This document shows positions 31,791-40,456 of a stretch of 58,189 nucleotides of DNA, piece by piece. How positions within the stretch are numbered: the first letter of the stretch is position 1; each line of letters begins with the position of its first letter. The DNA is taken from positions 1-58,189 of IMG/VR virus record IMGVR_UViG_3300037225_001359. One strand, 5' to 3'. The translations under genes were made by a program, and so were the position numbers. The notes beneath the pieces were generated by a model. It was not told where the DNA came from, made no database searches, and saw only the letters and a list, made by a program, of their open reading frames with translations. This stretch comes from a virus (taxonomy: Duplodnaviria > Caudoviricetes).

Positions 31791-32063
31791 TTATTCTCCC
31801 TTCGCTTTCTTGACATCATTTATATTGACACCAGCTTCATTAAAAAACAAAATATCAACTTCATCTTCGGTCGGTATTCCCGTTTTTTCTTGATATTCAT
31901 GAATGACATCAATCGCACCTTGACGCCTATCAATAGCTGCTGTTATTTTCTTTTCTCGCACATCATCAGACTTTTTGTTCTTATTTATTTCTTCCCATCT
32001 CTTTTTTGCAGCTTCACCTAACTTTTTATCAAGTTCTGCGTCGACTTCTTCATTGTCAAACAT
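31791..32063 (-). CDS. Hypothetical protein
   Basis: AGGAGG RBS. Operon-embedded charged ORF. Confidence 0.6.
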   Translation of the reverse strand: MFDNEEVDAELDKKLGEAAKKRWEEINKNKKSDDVREKKITAAIDRRQGAIDVIHEYQEKTGIPTEDEVDILFFNEAGVNINDVKKAKGE

Positions 32064-32077
32064 AATCAGCCTCCTTT

Positions 32078-33316
32078 TTAATTTTGTTTAATTTTACGCT
32101 TATTTAAAACATCATCAATTCGCTTCCACCGTTCTTCACTTTTCTTTTTCATTTCTTTCAACACTGAGGGTCCGAAATCAACTAACTGTGCTTGCTGTTT
32201 GATGGGATTGATCACCATTTTTTCTTTCTTAGAATCAGCAAGCGCTTTTTCAACATGTTTCGAAATATCAATTTCAAAATTCATCATTTCTTCAAAAATC
32301 ATCAATTTTATTTTCTTTGAAATTTCAGCAAATATCTTTTCATGTATAAGTTCTGAATAATCGATTCCGTTCCGATAAAAATCTCTTTTTTCTTCTTCAG
32401 CAATTGGTTCTTGATTTTCATCATCAAATTCATCAACTTTTTTCGATCTTCTTGCTATTTCTTTAGCAATATCAAATTTCATCCTTTTCGCTAATATCAT
32501 TCTTTGTAGCATCATTATTTCATATTTTCTAACTGCCAACGCATGATCATCAAGTTTTTCACCCTTCAGACATTCTTTGACAGCTTCACTAACACGTTGT
32601 GCATATTCATCTTTTGTTTCGTCACTCTTTTTGTTTAAATTGTCAAAGACTTCCATATCAGCATTATCAAATTCATCATTACTATCATCTGCAATTTTTC
32701 CAGTCAAAGCTCGTTCTAAGTTTTGTGAAACATTAAAATTTTTCTCTAATTTTTTGTATTCTTTGGGATTTAAAAACGCACAAATATACTTAGCTAAATA
32801 TTCTGACCTTTGCCATTCATAAAAATTACTTTCAATTAAATCTAAACTATTGTTCGAAATTATCCAATATAATTGAAATTCGTTGACATCTTCCAGTTCT
32901 TCAAAACTTTTCTGAACATTTAACCTTTTGAATAAAACCCAATAACTCTTAGACAATTCACATCTGACAAAATCTTCTAAATCTTCTAATAAACTTCGAA
33001 TCTGAACCAGCATTTTATCATACAAATAATACAAATATCTCGTAATAGCTGGATTGAATCTGTTCAAATAATCAGCAATTTGACTCTTTTCAATTTTGAT
33101 TCCATTTATTTTTTCGATGCTTAGAGTCAATAATTCTATAACTAGAACAAAGTTTTTAGTTGACTTTTCACCCTTATATTTTTCTTGTAAATATCTTTGT
33201 TCTTTTTTATTCAAATTTCTAAATGTAATCTTTTTATCACCAATATCAAAATCGTATTCAAGATATCCCTGTAATATTAATTTTAATATGGCACTTTGTT
33301 GCTCTTCATTAGTCAT
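32078..33316 (-). CDS. Tail assembly chaperone-like protein with long C-terminal extension
   Basis: N-terminus (GYLE.D..I....TFR.L ... LSIEKING) parallels the 31306-31788 protein. Confidence 0.55.
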   Translation of the reverse strand: MTNEEQQSAILKLILQGYLEYDFDIGDKKITFRNLNKKEQRYLQEKYKGEKSTKNFVLVIELLTLSIEKINGIKIEKSQIADYLNRFNPAITRYLYYLYDKMLVQIRSLLEDLEDFVRCELSKSYWVLFKRLNVQKSFEELEDVNEFQLYWIISNNSLDLIESNFYEWQRSEYLAKYICAFLNPKEYKKLEKNFNVSQNLERALTGKIADDSNDEFDNADMEVFDNLNKKSDETKDEYAQRVSEAVKECLKGEKLDDHALAVRKYEIMMLQRMILAKRMKFDIAKEIARRSKKVDEFDDENQEPIAEEEKRDFYRNGIDYSELIHEKIFAEISKKIKLMIFEEMMNFEIDISKHVEKALADSKKEKMVINPIKQQAQLVDFGPSVLKEMKKKSEERWKRIDDVLNKRKIKQN

Positions 33317-33329
33317 AATGTGCGTTTTG

Positions 33330-33345
33330 ATAAAAAGTTTAGAAA
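33330..33345 (-). promoter_or_regulatory. Putative late promoter motif, copy 3 (TTTCTAAACTTTTTAT)
   Basis: One mismatch to consensus, 13 nt upstream of ATG 33316. Confidence 0.6.
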
Positions 33346-33363
33346 TTTAAGTCTGAGAAGAAT

Positions 33364-33402
33364 AAGTGTTCTCCCCTGGATTGCTAGGGTCAATGAACAC
33401 TT
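33364..33402 (-). ncRNA. Kink-turn-containing RNA hairpin (cis element or small RNA)
   Basis: Minus strand AAGUGUUC-AUU-GA-CCCU-AGCAAUCC-AGGG-GA-GAACACUU gives an 8-bp C helix, 3-nt bulge, tandem G.A/A.G pairs and a 4-bp NC helix. Confidence 0.6.
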
Positions 33403-33430
33403 GAAGTAGAAATACAATCCTATTGAAGCA

Positions 33431-33664
33431 TTAACGAAGAATTGCTTTTTTCATTATCATGTCAACTATGTTTGTTATTCGTTCTGGTAAATCTTTTCGT
33501 TTTGTGTGTGCAAAATCTGACAAATCTTTCTTTTTCATGTGCCCAGCTAAATCTTTAATTTTTTCTTTTAAAGAAGCAGGCACATCCTTTAAAGAAAGCT
33601 CGCCTTTTTGATAAGCCCAAGCCATACCCATTAGACGCTGCTGTGTTTGACTGACTGAAGGCAT
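33431..33664 (-). CDS. DUF3008-family small protein
   Basis: MPSVS..QQR.MG.A.A..KGE...M.K.DL.DFA.TKRK.LP matches the DUF3008 pattern. Confidence 0.7.
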   Translation of the reverse strand: MPSVSQTQQRLMGMAWAYQKGELSLKDVPASLKEKIKDLAGHMKKKDLSDFAHTKRKDLPERITNIVDMIMKKAILR

Positions 33665-33670
33665 AATTAA

Positions 33671-34318
33671 TTATCCATTTGAAAATTTGAATAAATTACT
33701 TGCCAGCTTATTGCTTGTCTGCGCATCAACCAATTCCGTTTCATAATCATCCATGGGCTGAGCATAAATATCGGTGACAGTCATATCAGCATCCTGTGTC
33801 ACGATTGTATCAGTTACATTGAATGACTTATTGTATGATGTCAACCAGCAAGCTTCATAAATTGTTTCGATAATGTTTGATCCTGCATCAGCATCAGTAG
33901 CAACACCAGCACCTGTATTTTCACCAGTCAAGACAAGCAAATCGGGCATGACGATTGTTTCCTTGACGTCAAAGGGCCATCTGTGATGTTGCAAAGACCG
34001 AATCAAACCCGATGATCCACCTTTGTATCCGAAAATCTGAGATGTATCTTTTAAATACATCATCAAAATCGAACATGTTGCTGTCAAGTCAGTCACACCG
34101 ACACCAAGTTCTGCTGTATGGTCTCCATGACCGATACCACGAGCAGGATCAACCGTTCTTGATTGCGATGGACTCCATGTTTGGATCAATCCAATTTGAG
34201 CATATTGTCCTGCAGCAGCGTCAGAATCAAAACTAAATACTCTGACCCTCTGACTGCTTAACAATCTTGTATTCGGAGATGCTCCCCTACGATAAATATA
34301 ATTCGGTGTTCCGGCCAT
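33671..34318 (-). CDS. Tail tube protein
   Basis: Follows sheath. QIG.IQ.W.PSQSR......GIG, PFD..E, IYE.CW..SY...F, strong AAGGAGG RBS. Confidence 0.8.
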   Translation of the reverse strand: MAGTPNYIYRRGASPNTRLLSSQRVRVFSFDSDAAAGQYAQIGLIQTWSPSQSRTVDPARGIGHGDHTAELGVGVTDLTATCSILMMYLKDTSQIFGYKGGSSGLIRSLQHHRWPFDVKETIVMPDLLVLTGENTGAGVATDADAGSNIIETIYEACWLTSYNKSFNVTDTIVTQDADMTVTDIYAQPMDDYETELVDAQTSNKLASNLFKFSNG

Positions 34319-34354
34319 GTTAGCCTCCTTTAAAGAAAATTCTATTTTGATTAA

Positions 34355-34388
34355 GTTTCAATCCACACATCACTAAATGTAATGCGAC
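34355..34388 (-). CRISPR. Solitary type I-C CRISPR-repeat-like unit (no array)
   Basis: GTCGCATTACATTTAGTGATGTGTGGATTGAAAC has the GTCGC start and GTGGATTGAAAC end of I-C repeats. Stem CGCATTAC/GTGATGTG (8 bp, two G.U pairs) forms only on this strand. Confidence 0.7.
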
Positions 34389-34404
34389 TATAACTATAAA
34401 TAAA

Positions 34405-34420
34405 ATAAAAACTTTAGAAA
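34405..34420 (-). promoter_or_regulatory. Putative late promoter motif, copy 4 (TTTCTAAAGTTTTTAT)
   Basis: Consensus copy downstream of the sheath terminator and 16 nt upstream of the repeat-like unit. Confidence 0.7.
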
Positions 34421-34483
34421 ATTAACTTTTTGTAAAAAATTACATCACAACAATAATGTGTCATGTGAAAATGTTTAAAATAC

Positions 34484-34518
34484 AAAAAATCCAGAGAATA
34501 GTTTTAGTATTCTCTGGA
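34484..34518 (-). terminator. Intrinsic terminator after the tail sheath gene
   Basis: 11-bp stem TCCAGAGAATA/TATTCTCTGGA followed by TTTTTTG on the minus strand. Confidence 0.8.
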
Positions 34519-34557
34519 CTTAATAAATTAGATTAAGCAATTTTCATAAATTGTTAA

Positions 34558-37311
34558 TTATGATGTCCTTAGGCCATATTCTACTAATATCCAGTCACAT
34601 CCGAATACTGGCACATAGTAAGCTGAAACGTTGATCATCTTGGGATTGTTAGGATCTCTGACAGCAGTTGCAGGAGTATAATTAGAAATGATTTGTGCCT
34701 GTTTTGCTGCCCTTAACATTGCTGTATCAGTCCTTGCAACATCATTAGTAAATCCATCAACAATCTTTCTTCCAATAAACGGATCCAGAACCTGTCTTGT
34801 CTGCTGCTGGATAAAGTCAGAAATTGTTGTAACTGCAGGATCACTCGTTATTATATTCGACATGTTTGTTGACAAACTATGACGAACTGTGAAGTTTTGA
34901 GTAATTATCGTTACACCCTTAATTGCAACCATATCCATCGTCGGTTCATCCAACGTTCTGACTAATTGCTTCAATCCGACGAGCTGTTTTCTCGTCATTG
35001 GAGTCGCAACATCATACATTGAATTAACATTTAAACCAACCATTGCAGCCGCCAAATATGAACCTTCAATAACATGATCCGTTGCCACTCCATTTGTATC
35101 GACAAGCTGAATCGTTGCTCCGTCAGGATATACAGCGAGCATCCTCTGATTATTGATCGAAGCAGCAAAATTAGCAGCATCCAAGGGCTCAGTTCCAACG
35201 GCATATCCGAAGAAAGAAGTTCTTTCTCTGCGATATCTCTTGGATGACATCTGAGTCACATGAGCTGTAGTATATTCAATGACTGACTGAGAAGATGTAA
35301 CAGGAAAAACGATTGAAGGTGCAACTCCTGAAACGTCTGATTTCAAAACATCCAGCGCATCAAAATAATATTGATCTGGTGCAACTTCCGAATCTGCTCC
35401 CTTTCTGACTTGATAGCAAATCAATGCAGTTGCTCCGTTTAACATTGCCAAATATGCAGCAAGAACAAGAGAATTGTTTTCACTCAATGCGCCATATTCA
35501 TTTGTAACATCTTTGAACTGTGTAAAAACAGCAGGTTCGAAATCAGTTTTCACATAAGTATATGTGACATAATAAACATCACTGACAGCAGGTTCTTTTC
35601 CCGACTTATTGAAAATATACAATTTCGTCAGATCTCCAGCTGCTGTGATTGGATCAAAAGCATTCTCTGTCGAAAGAACATCGACTGTAGCACCCGGTAT
35701 GCTTGTCAACGTATTACTTAATGTCGAACTGACAGGAATTATTGCCGCAGCTTTTTCAATAACCATTTGTATCGTCACTGATGAAGTAACAACACTTTCA
35801 TCTAAAGTAAAAAATAATCCCGTGTTGACATCAATATACGTCGAACCGACAGTTCCGTATCCGTTCGATCCAGCTGATTGATCAGATGTTACAGCAAATC
35901 CCAGACTTGAAGTTACAGTGATCGTCACATTTTCATCGATAGCATAATCAAGAGGAATTGTCGGTAATGAATCAGAATAAAATTTGCCCTGATCAGTCAC
36001 AAGCAAACCGACATTGCCAACGTCGATCTGATTTCCAACAACATCATTGTACCAAACATGATATTGACCAACATCCTGTCCGCCTGCAGTTATAACTTCA
36101 ACGTTATACTGACCATCAATGATTCTGCTATACCAATATGTCACAGTAACCGTTGAACCAGGAGCAGGAGCACTAACCAAAGTTATTTTTCCGATATCGC
36201 CCTGTACTCTTCTGACATCAACCTCGGTTCCGTTAACTTTAACAACCACTGATGTCTGATCGACAGTATAGATGTCGATCGGATTCATTTGCGGACTTGT
36301 ACTCTGTCTTGCAGTTCCGTTGACAATAGGAATAATTGAAACAGTACAAAAGTTTTCAGTTCCTGTAAATTGACTAGAAACATCTTCTTTGTATTTCTTA
36401 TTATCAAAAACAGAAACAACAATCATATTATCATTGAAAATTCCTGAATCATTGGGATCTGGAACTAATTTCCAACCTGTACCCCACTGAATCTGGTCAT
36501 CAATAATCGCAAAATCAACATCTTCAATGAAATCTGATGTTTCAGGAGAATATCCGACACGAATCATCTGTGTTAAACCAGCAACTGGAAGATCGTCAGA
36601 TGTATTGGGATATTGATTGAAAAAGTATGTTACAGTAACAGTTGCATTCAGTGCAGGAGCAGTTGCCAGCGTAATTGCACCATTAGCTCCATCGAGATGT
36701 ATGACATCAGCAAATGAATTGCTGACCTTAACTTTGACATCAGAGACATTTGTCGTTACTCGTCCTGCGTTTGAACCATCAACAATGGGTTCATTTGCAA
36801 CATAAAAAGTCGTTGTCGATCCGTCAGCCTGATCTGACAGATTTTCATTCAAAATTCTGGTATCAGTTCTTTTGTAGAAATATGCAATCGTAACAGTAGG
36901 ATTTGATGTACCAGTCGGATTAGGAGCAAGTGCTAAAACAACTGTTCCCGAAAGACCAACAATCGAAGCAACAATCGCAATTATACCATCGACTTTAACA
37001 ACGATGTTATTAGCTTTGTTAGTAATAGTTCCTGAACCATCACCTGTTACAATTGGCTTATGAAAAGTTGTAAAAGTACGATTTCCCAAATTTCCCATAC
37101 CATCAAAAAAACTTGAAACATCTTCAGTAACTTTCTGATCAATAGTCGGCGAACTACCACGAACCATCTCATAACCATCAAGCAAATTGACTTCTTCTGC
37201 AGTACCTATCAAAGCCGGTACACGCAAATTAGCCAATAATGTTGCAATCGGTTGATCGAGGAAGGTTGAGGTGTAAGTTCCGGGTGGCGCGTAGCCAACA
37301 AATGGTCCCAT
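34558..37311 (-). CDS. Contractile tail sheath protein with inserted beta-domains
   Basis: N-terminal Y.PPG.Y. C-terminal sheath core (H..QMSS..YRRER, GSYLAAA..G, PMTRK...G, GVT.I, TISDFI..R..L..FIG.K, I.V...Y.PVF....I.V). Confidence 0.9.
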   Translation of the reverse strand: MGPFVGYAPPGTYTSTFLDQPIATLLANLRVPALIGTAEEVNLLDGYEMVRGSSPTIDQKVTEDVSSFFDGMGNLGNRTFTTFHKPIVTGDGSGTITNKANNIVVKVDGIIAIVASIVGLSGTVVLALAPNPTGTSNPTVTIAYFYKRTDTRILNENLSDQADGSTTTFYVANEPIVDGSNAGRVTTNVSDVKVKVSNSFADVIHLDGANGAITLATAPALNATVTVTYFFNQYPNTSDDLPVAGLTQMIRVGYSPETSDFIEDVDFAIIDDQIQWGTGWKLVPDPNDSGIFNDNMIVVSVFDNKKYKEDVSSQFTGTENFCTVSIIPIVNGTARQSTSPQMNPIDIYTVDQTSVVVKVNGTEVDVRRVQGDIGKITLVSAPAPGSTVTVTYWYSRIIDGQYNVEVITAGGQDVGQYHVWYNDVVGNQIDVGNVGLLVTDQGKFYSDSLPTIPLDYAIDENVTITVTSSLGFAVTSDQSAGSNGYGTVGSTYIDVNTGLFFTLDESVVTSSVTIQMVIEKAAAIIPVSSTLSNTLTSIPGATVDVLSTENAFDPITAAGDLTKLYIFNKSGKEPAVSDVYYVTYTYVKTDFEPAVFTQFKDVTNEYGALSENNSLVLAAYLAMLNGATALICYQVRKGADSEVAPDQYYFDALDVLKSDVSGVAPSIVFPVTSSQSVIEYTTAHVTQMSSKRYRRERTSFFGYAVGTEPLDAANFAASINNQRMLAVYPDGATIQLVDTNGVATDHVIEGSYLAAAMVGLNVNSMYDVATPMTRKQLVGLKQLVRTLDEPTMDMVAIKGVTIITQNFTVRHSLSTNMSNIITSDPAVTTISDFIQQQTRQVLDPFIGRKIVDGFTNDVARTDTAMLRAAKQAQIISNYTPATAVRDPNNPKMINVSAYYVPVFGCDWILVEYGLRTS

Positions 37312-37381
37312 TTTTTACTCCTTTGTTTTCTGAAATTTGAACATTCTCATTAAAATGAATCTTTAATTTAGTATTATTTTG

Positions 37382-37397
37382 ATAAAAACTTTAGAAA
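37382..37397 (-). promoter_or_regulatory. Putative late promoter motif, copy 5 (TTTCTAAAGTTTTTAT), upstream of sheath
   Basis: Consensus copy 3 nt after the TAG at 37401. Confidence 0.7.
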
Positions 37398-37400
37398 ACT

Positions 37401-37739
37401 CTATTTTTTAGTTGTTTGTTCTTGTAAACGTTTTCGTGTTTCTGTTTCAATTTGCTCTTTCAGCAAATTTTGCTGTGAATTTGCAATCACAATCTGCATA
37501 TTCCGATCGAAAGAAAATTGCATTTTTTGATTTTCTAGATCTGCAACCTTTAATTTTGCTTCAGTTATCTCTTTGTCAAATTGCAAAAGACGAAGTTGAA
37601 AAGCTGTATTTTCATCAACTTTAACAGTTTGGGGTGATTTATCAAGTATCGGCATTTGTTGTAAATCCTGAACTGTTTTTGCTGCATCAGCCGTCGTTTC
37701 CATTTGCTCAGCCATTTTCTGCTCATTAGACGTTTCCAT
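37401..37739 (-). CDS. Coiled-coil protein, possible tail-fibre chaperone
   Basis: Gln/Glu-rich heptads, AAGGAG RBS, immediately downstream of the S74 fibre gene. Confidence 0.55.
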   Translation of the reverse strand: METSNEQKMAEQMETTADAAKTVQDLQQMPILDKSPQTVKVDENTAFQLRLLQFDKEITEAKLKVADLENQKMQFSFDRNMQIVIANSQQNLLKEQIETETRKRLQEQTTKK

Positions 37740-37767
37740 TTTTGAATCTCCTTTAATTATGGTTTAA

Positions 37768-40383
37768 TCAGGCCAATTTTGCCTCTAAAATAATAATTTT
37801 ATTTTTCAAATTTTTGATTTCATTAATAAGAACTGGAATAAAGCGTTCATATTGAACTGAATCCGGAATTCCTTCCTTGTCTCTTGTAATAAAAGTTTCA
37901 TTTATCAATGCTACTTCCTCAGCAATCAATCCATACCGCTTCGTTCTTTCAACATCATTTTTATAAGAAAAATTAACGGGTCTTAAATCATAAAACCAAT
38001 CAGTATTTTCCATATTCAGAATGTCTTGTTTGAATCTTAATGAAGATGCTGGAACTCTACCCACTAATCCTTGATTGTCAATATATAGAGCAATACCAGA
38101 TGCACCCGTAGCAGTATTAAATGGTCCAGCTCCCGGAACATTAAACGTTCCAATTCCAGCAGCATTTAATCCCTGAATGCTAAATGTCGTAGCATTATCA
38201 GTTGTTACTTGTCCTTGTACACCAGCAGCATCACCAATGCCAAGAACTCCGATGCCACTAGCTCCAGTCCTATTAGTTCCCTGAATAGCTGGTGTATTTG
38301 TTGGTGAACCAGAACATTCACCACTGATAGCAAATCCAGTTCCACTTTGTATTGATCTGATTACAGCGTTGGCTGAACTATAAAATATATCTAGTGGTCG
38401 TATAGGAACTGTACCGATACCGACCAATCCTTCAAATGTGGCATCTCCTGGTGAAACATGCAATGCTATTAATGTACCAATGCCAACATGGGCACTATCG
38501 TCGATAGAAATTGCAATATCACCTGATCCATTTTTTAGATAACCATAATAAGGACCGATTGCTTTCTTAAATATCAGACTTTCGCTCATATAAATATCGC
38601 CGAAATATCTAGTGATATCACCCAGATCTGTTCCACCACCCAATATACCGACAACTTTGGGTCTTTCTATTTGAAAACTATTATTTATCGGAGTATCAGT
38701 TGCAATACCAACATTTTGACTTGAATCCAATGAAATGCATGTGTTGCCATAAGCATTTTTTATATAACTGCTAAAAGTGTTAAATCTTAGTGATTCATAT
38801 AAGTAAATATCACCGAAAAATCTTGTACCGTCACCCAAGTCTGTTCCACCGCCAATTTTTCCAAGTACTTTCGATCCCTCAATGTGTAATGTTGCCAATG
38901 GAATTCCAGTTCCAATTCCAAGTTTCGGAGAAGGAAAATCAGTTGTTCCATCTATTGTAATTGCAGAAACATCGCCGCTTGTAGTATCATGAAAATAGAA
39001 TTTCAAAAAGTTTCCAGCATCAGTTCCATATATTACTGATCCGCCAACATATGCATCTTTAAATCTTCGTGTCAAACTTCCCAAATCTGTTGTTGTATCT
39101 GTCCTTCCGATGATTTTAGTTCCTTCTACTTGTAATCCATGAACTCCGGCACTACCGTATGCCGAGTTTGTTCCGATACCAACTGAATTATTTAACAAAA
39201 TACTTGCATTAGTTTGTTGTGATCCGATCACTATCGATTGTAAGTCGATTGAACTGATGAACCATGACACGTTGCTATATGGAGCACTTGAAAAATAAAG
39301 TGATCCTCCCGCTTTACTAGTGCCAGTACCATTAATTTCAATTGTTCTATCAAAAGTATAAGATACGACACCTACTGTCGTATTAAATGTATCACTGTTA
39401 TGTAACCATGCAGGACTTGAAATAGAATTAACTTCCAGAGCATTACGATTGCTTTTTATTGTTGTACCGATTCCGACTGGCCCGTTGATAAGCATAGATC
39501 CTCTATCATGTCCAGATGTATCAGTTCCGATTCCAGTCGTTCCATCTGCAAATAAACTTGCCGGACTAATTATAAATCTTTTATCAGCGATAACACTAAC
39601 ATTGTCATTTCCTGGACTTCTTGTTATTTCAGCAATTTTGATATATCTGTGATAAATTCCGTTTGCATCAATTGCATAATGAAATACACCGGATTGAATT
39701 ACTGTTCCTGGCAATGTTGGAGCAACCGGAGATGCGTTTTCTGCTCCCATTACAACACAAATATCTTGAACTTGTCTAACTCTATATTGCGTTAATTTAT
39801 TAATGCCGGGTACAATCAAACTTGTATCAATATACTCTGACGATCCTGATGGTGCAACTTGAGCAAAATAGAAATCTACGAAAACTGAATCAATTCTTCC
39901 CAATGACAACGGTGTTTCATAAGTACCTGTGTCACCGACAGGTGTTCTTGTTGAGTCATAAACAAAAACAGTGCCCTTTGTGTCTCTGTCATCAGTTAAA
40001 TTTCCAGTATCAGCTTGGCCGTTAGTTCCCTTGAAGTCGTAATCACTTTTTATTGCCAAAATGTAACCATCAACAAATAATGTACCGGCGCCGTCGAGTG
40101 TTCCGTCTCCGCCTTGAATTCGAAAATTATTATTTTGGCTTATTGTGCTAATTGCTATTTTGAATCCGTTATTTAATGATGATCCATTAGCGAAGTTGCT
40201 TCGAATAATTTGACGCAACATGGATTCGGACTCAGTTATATTTTCTTCGAGTTCACCGTCAGCCAATGCAGCCTTTTGATATAATAATTTATATCTTTTC
40301 TGCAAATAGCTCGGTGCAAATGTACCAACACCAGCTGCTGCATATACATCATAAGAAAAACTGCCCTGATAGGGAGATGACAT
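37768..40383 (-). CDS. Tail fibre with C-terminal peptidase S74 intramolecular chaperone
   Basis: SSLRFKQDI...LRPV.F.YK...GLIAEEV...VQYERFIPVLINEIK. Multiple VGIGT and DLG..TR.F.D.Y repeats. Confidence 0.85.
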   Translation of the reverse strand: MSSPYQGSFSYDVYAAAGVGTFAPSYLQKRYKLLYQKAALADGELEENITESESMLRQIIRSNFANGSSLNNGFKIAISTISQNNNFRIQGGDGTLDGAGTLFVDGYILAIKSDYDFKGTNGQADTGNLTDDRDTKGTVFVYDSTRTPVGDTGTYETPLSLGRIDSVFVDFYFAQVAPSGSSEYIDTSLIVPGINKLTQYRVRQVQDICVVMGAENASPVAPTLPGTVIQSGVFHYAIDANGIYHRYIKIAEITRSPGNDNVSVIADKRFIISPASLFADGTTGIGTDTSGHDRGSMLINGPVGIGTTIKSNRNALEVNSISSPAWLHNSDTFNTTVGVVSYTFDRTIEINGTGTSKAGGSLYFSSAPYSNVSWFISSIDLQSIVIGSQQTNASILLNNSVGIGTNSAYGSAGVHGLQVEGTKIIGRTDTTTDLGSLTRRFKDAYVGGSVIYGTDAGNFLKFYFHDTTSGDVSAITIDGTTDFPSPKLGIGTGIPLATLHIEGSKVLGKIGGGTDLGDGTRFFGDIYLYESLRFNTFSSYIKNAYGNTCISLDSSQNVGIATDTPINNSFQIERPKVVGILGGGTDLGDITRYFGDIYMSESLIFKKAIGPYYGYLKNGSGDIAISIDDSAHVGIGTLIALHVSPGDATFEGLVGIGTVPIRPLDIFYSSANAVIRSIQSGTGFAISGECSGSPTNTPAIQGTNRTGASGIGVLGIGDAAGVQGQVTTDNATTFSIQGLNAAGIGTFNVPGAGPFNTATGASGIALYIDNQGLVGRVPASSLRFKQDILNMENTDWFYDLRPVNFSYKNDVERTKRYGLIAEEVALINETFITRDKEGIPDSVQYERFIPVLINEIKNLKNKIIILEAKLA

Positions 40384-40427
40384 AATTATTGCTCCTTGAT
40401 AAATTTATTATCAAAATATATTTTTTA

Positions 40428-40443
40428 ATAAATACTTTAGAAA
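40428..40443 (-). promoter_or_regulatory. Putative late promoter motif, copy 6 (TTTCTAAAGTATTTAT), upstream of tail fibre
   Basis: Consensus copy in intergenic gap. Confidence 0.7.
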
Positions 40444-40456
40444 ATTTGAAATTAAA

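Noticed and set aside
34355-34462. Two-repeat CRISPR mini-array using a degenerate copy at 34442-34462 (GACACATTATTGTTGTGATGT)
   Set aside because: It resembles the stem only, lacks the GGATTGAAAC end, and lies upstream of the putative promoter. Too weak to call an array.
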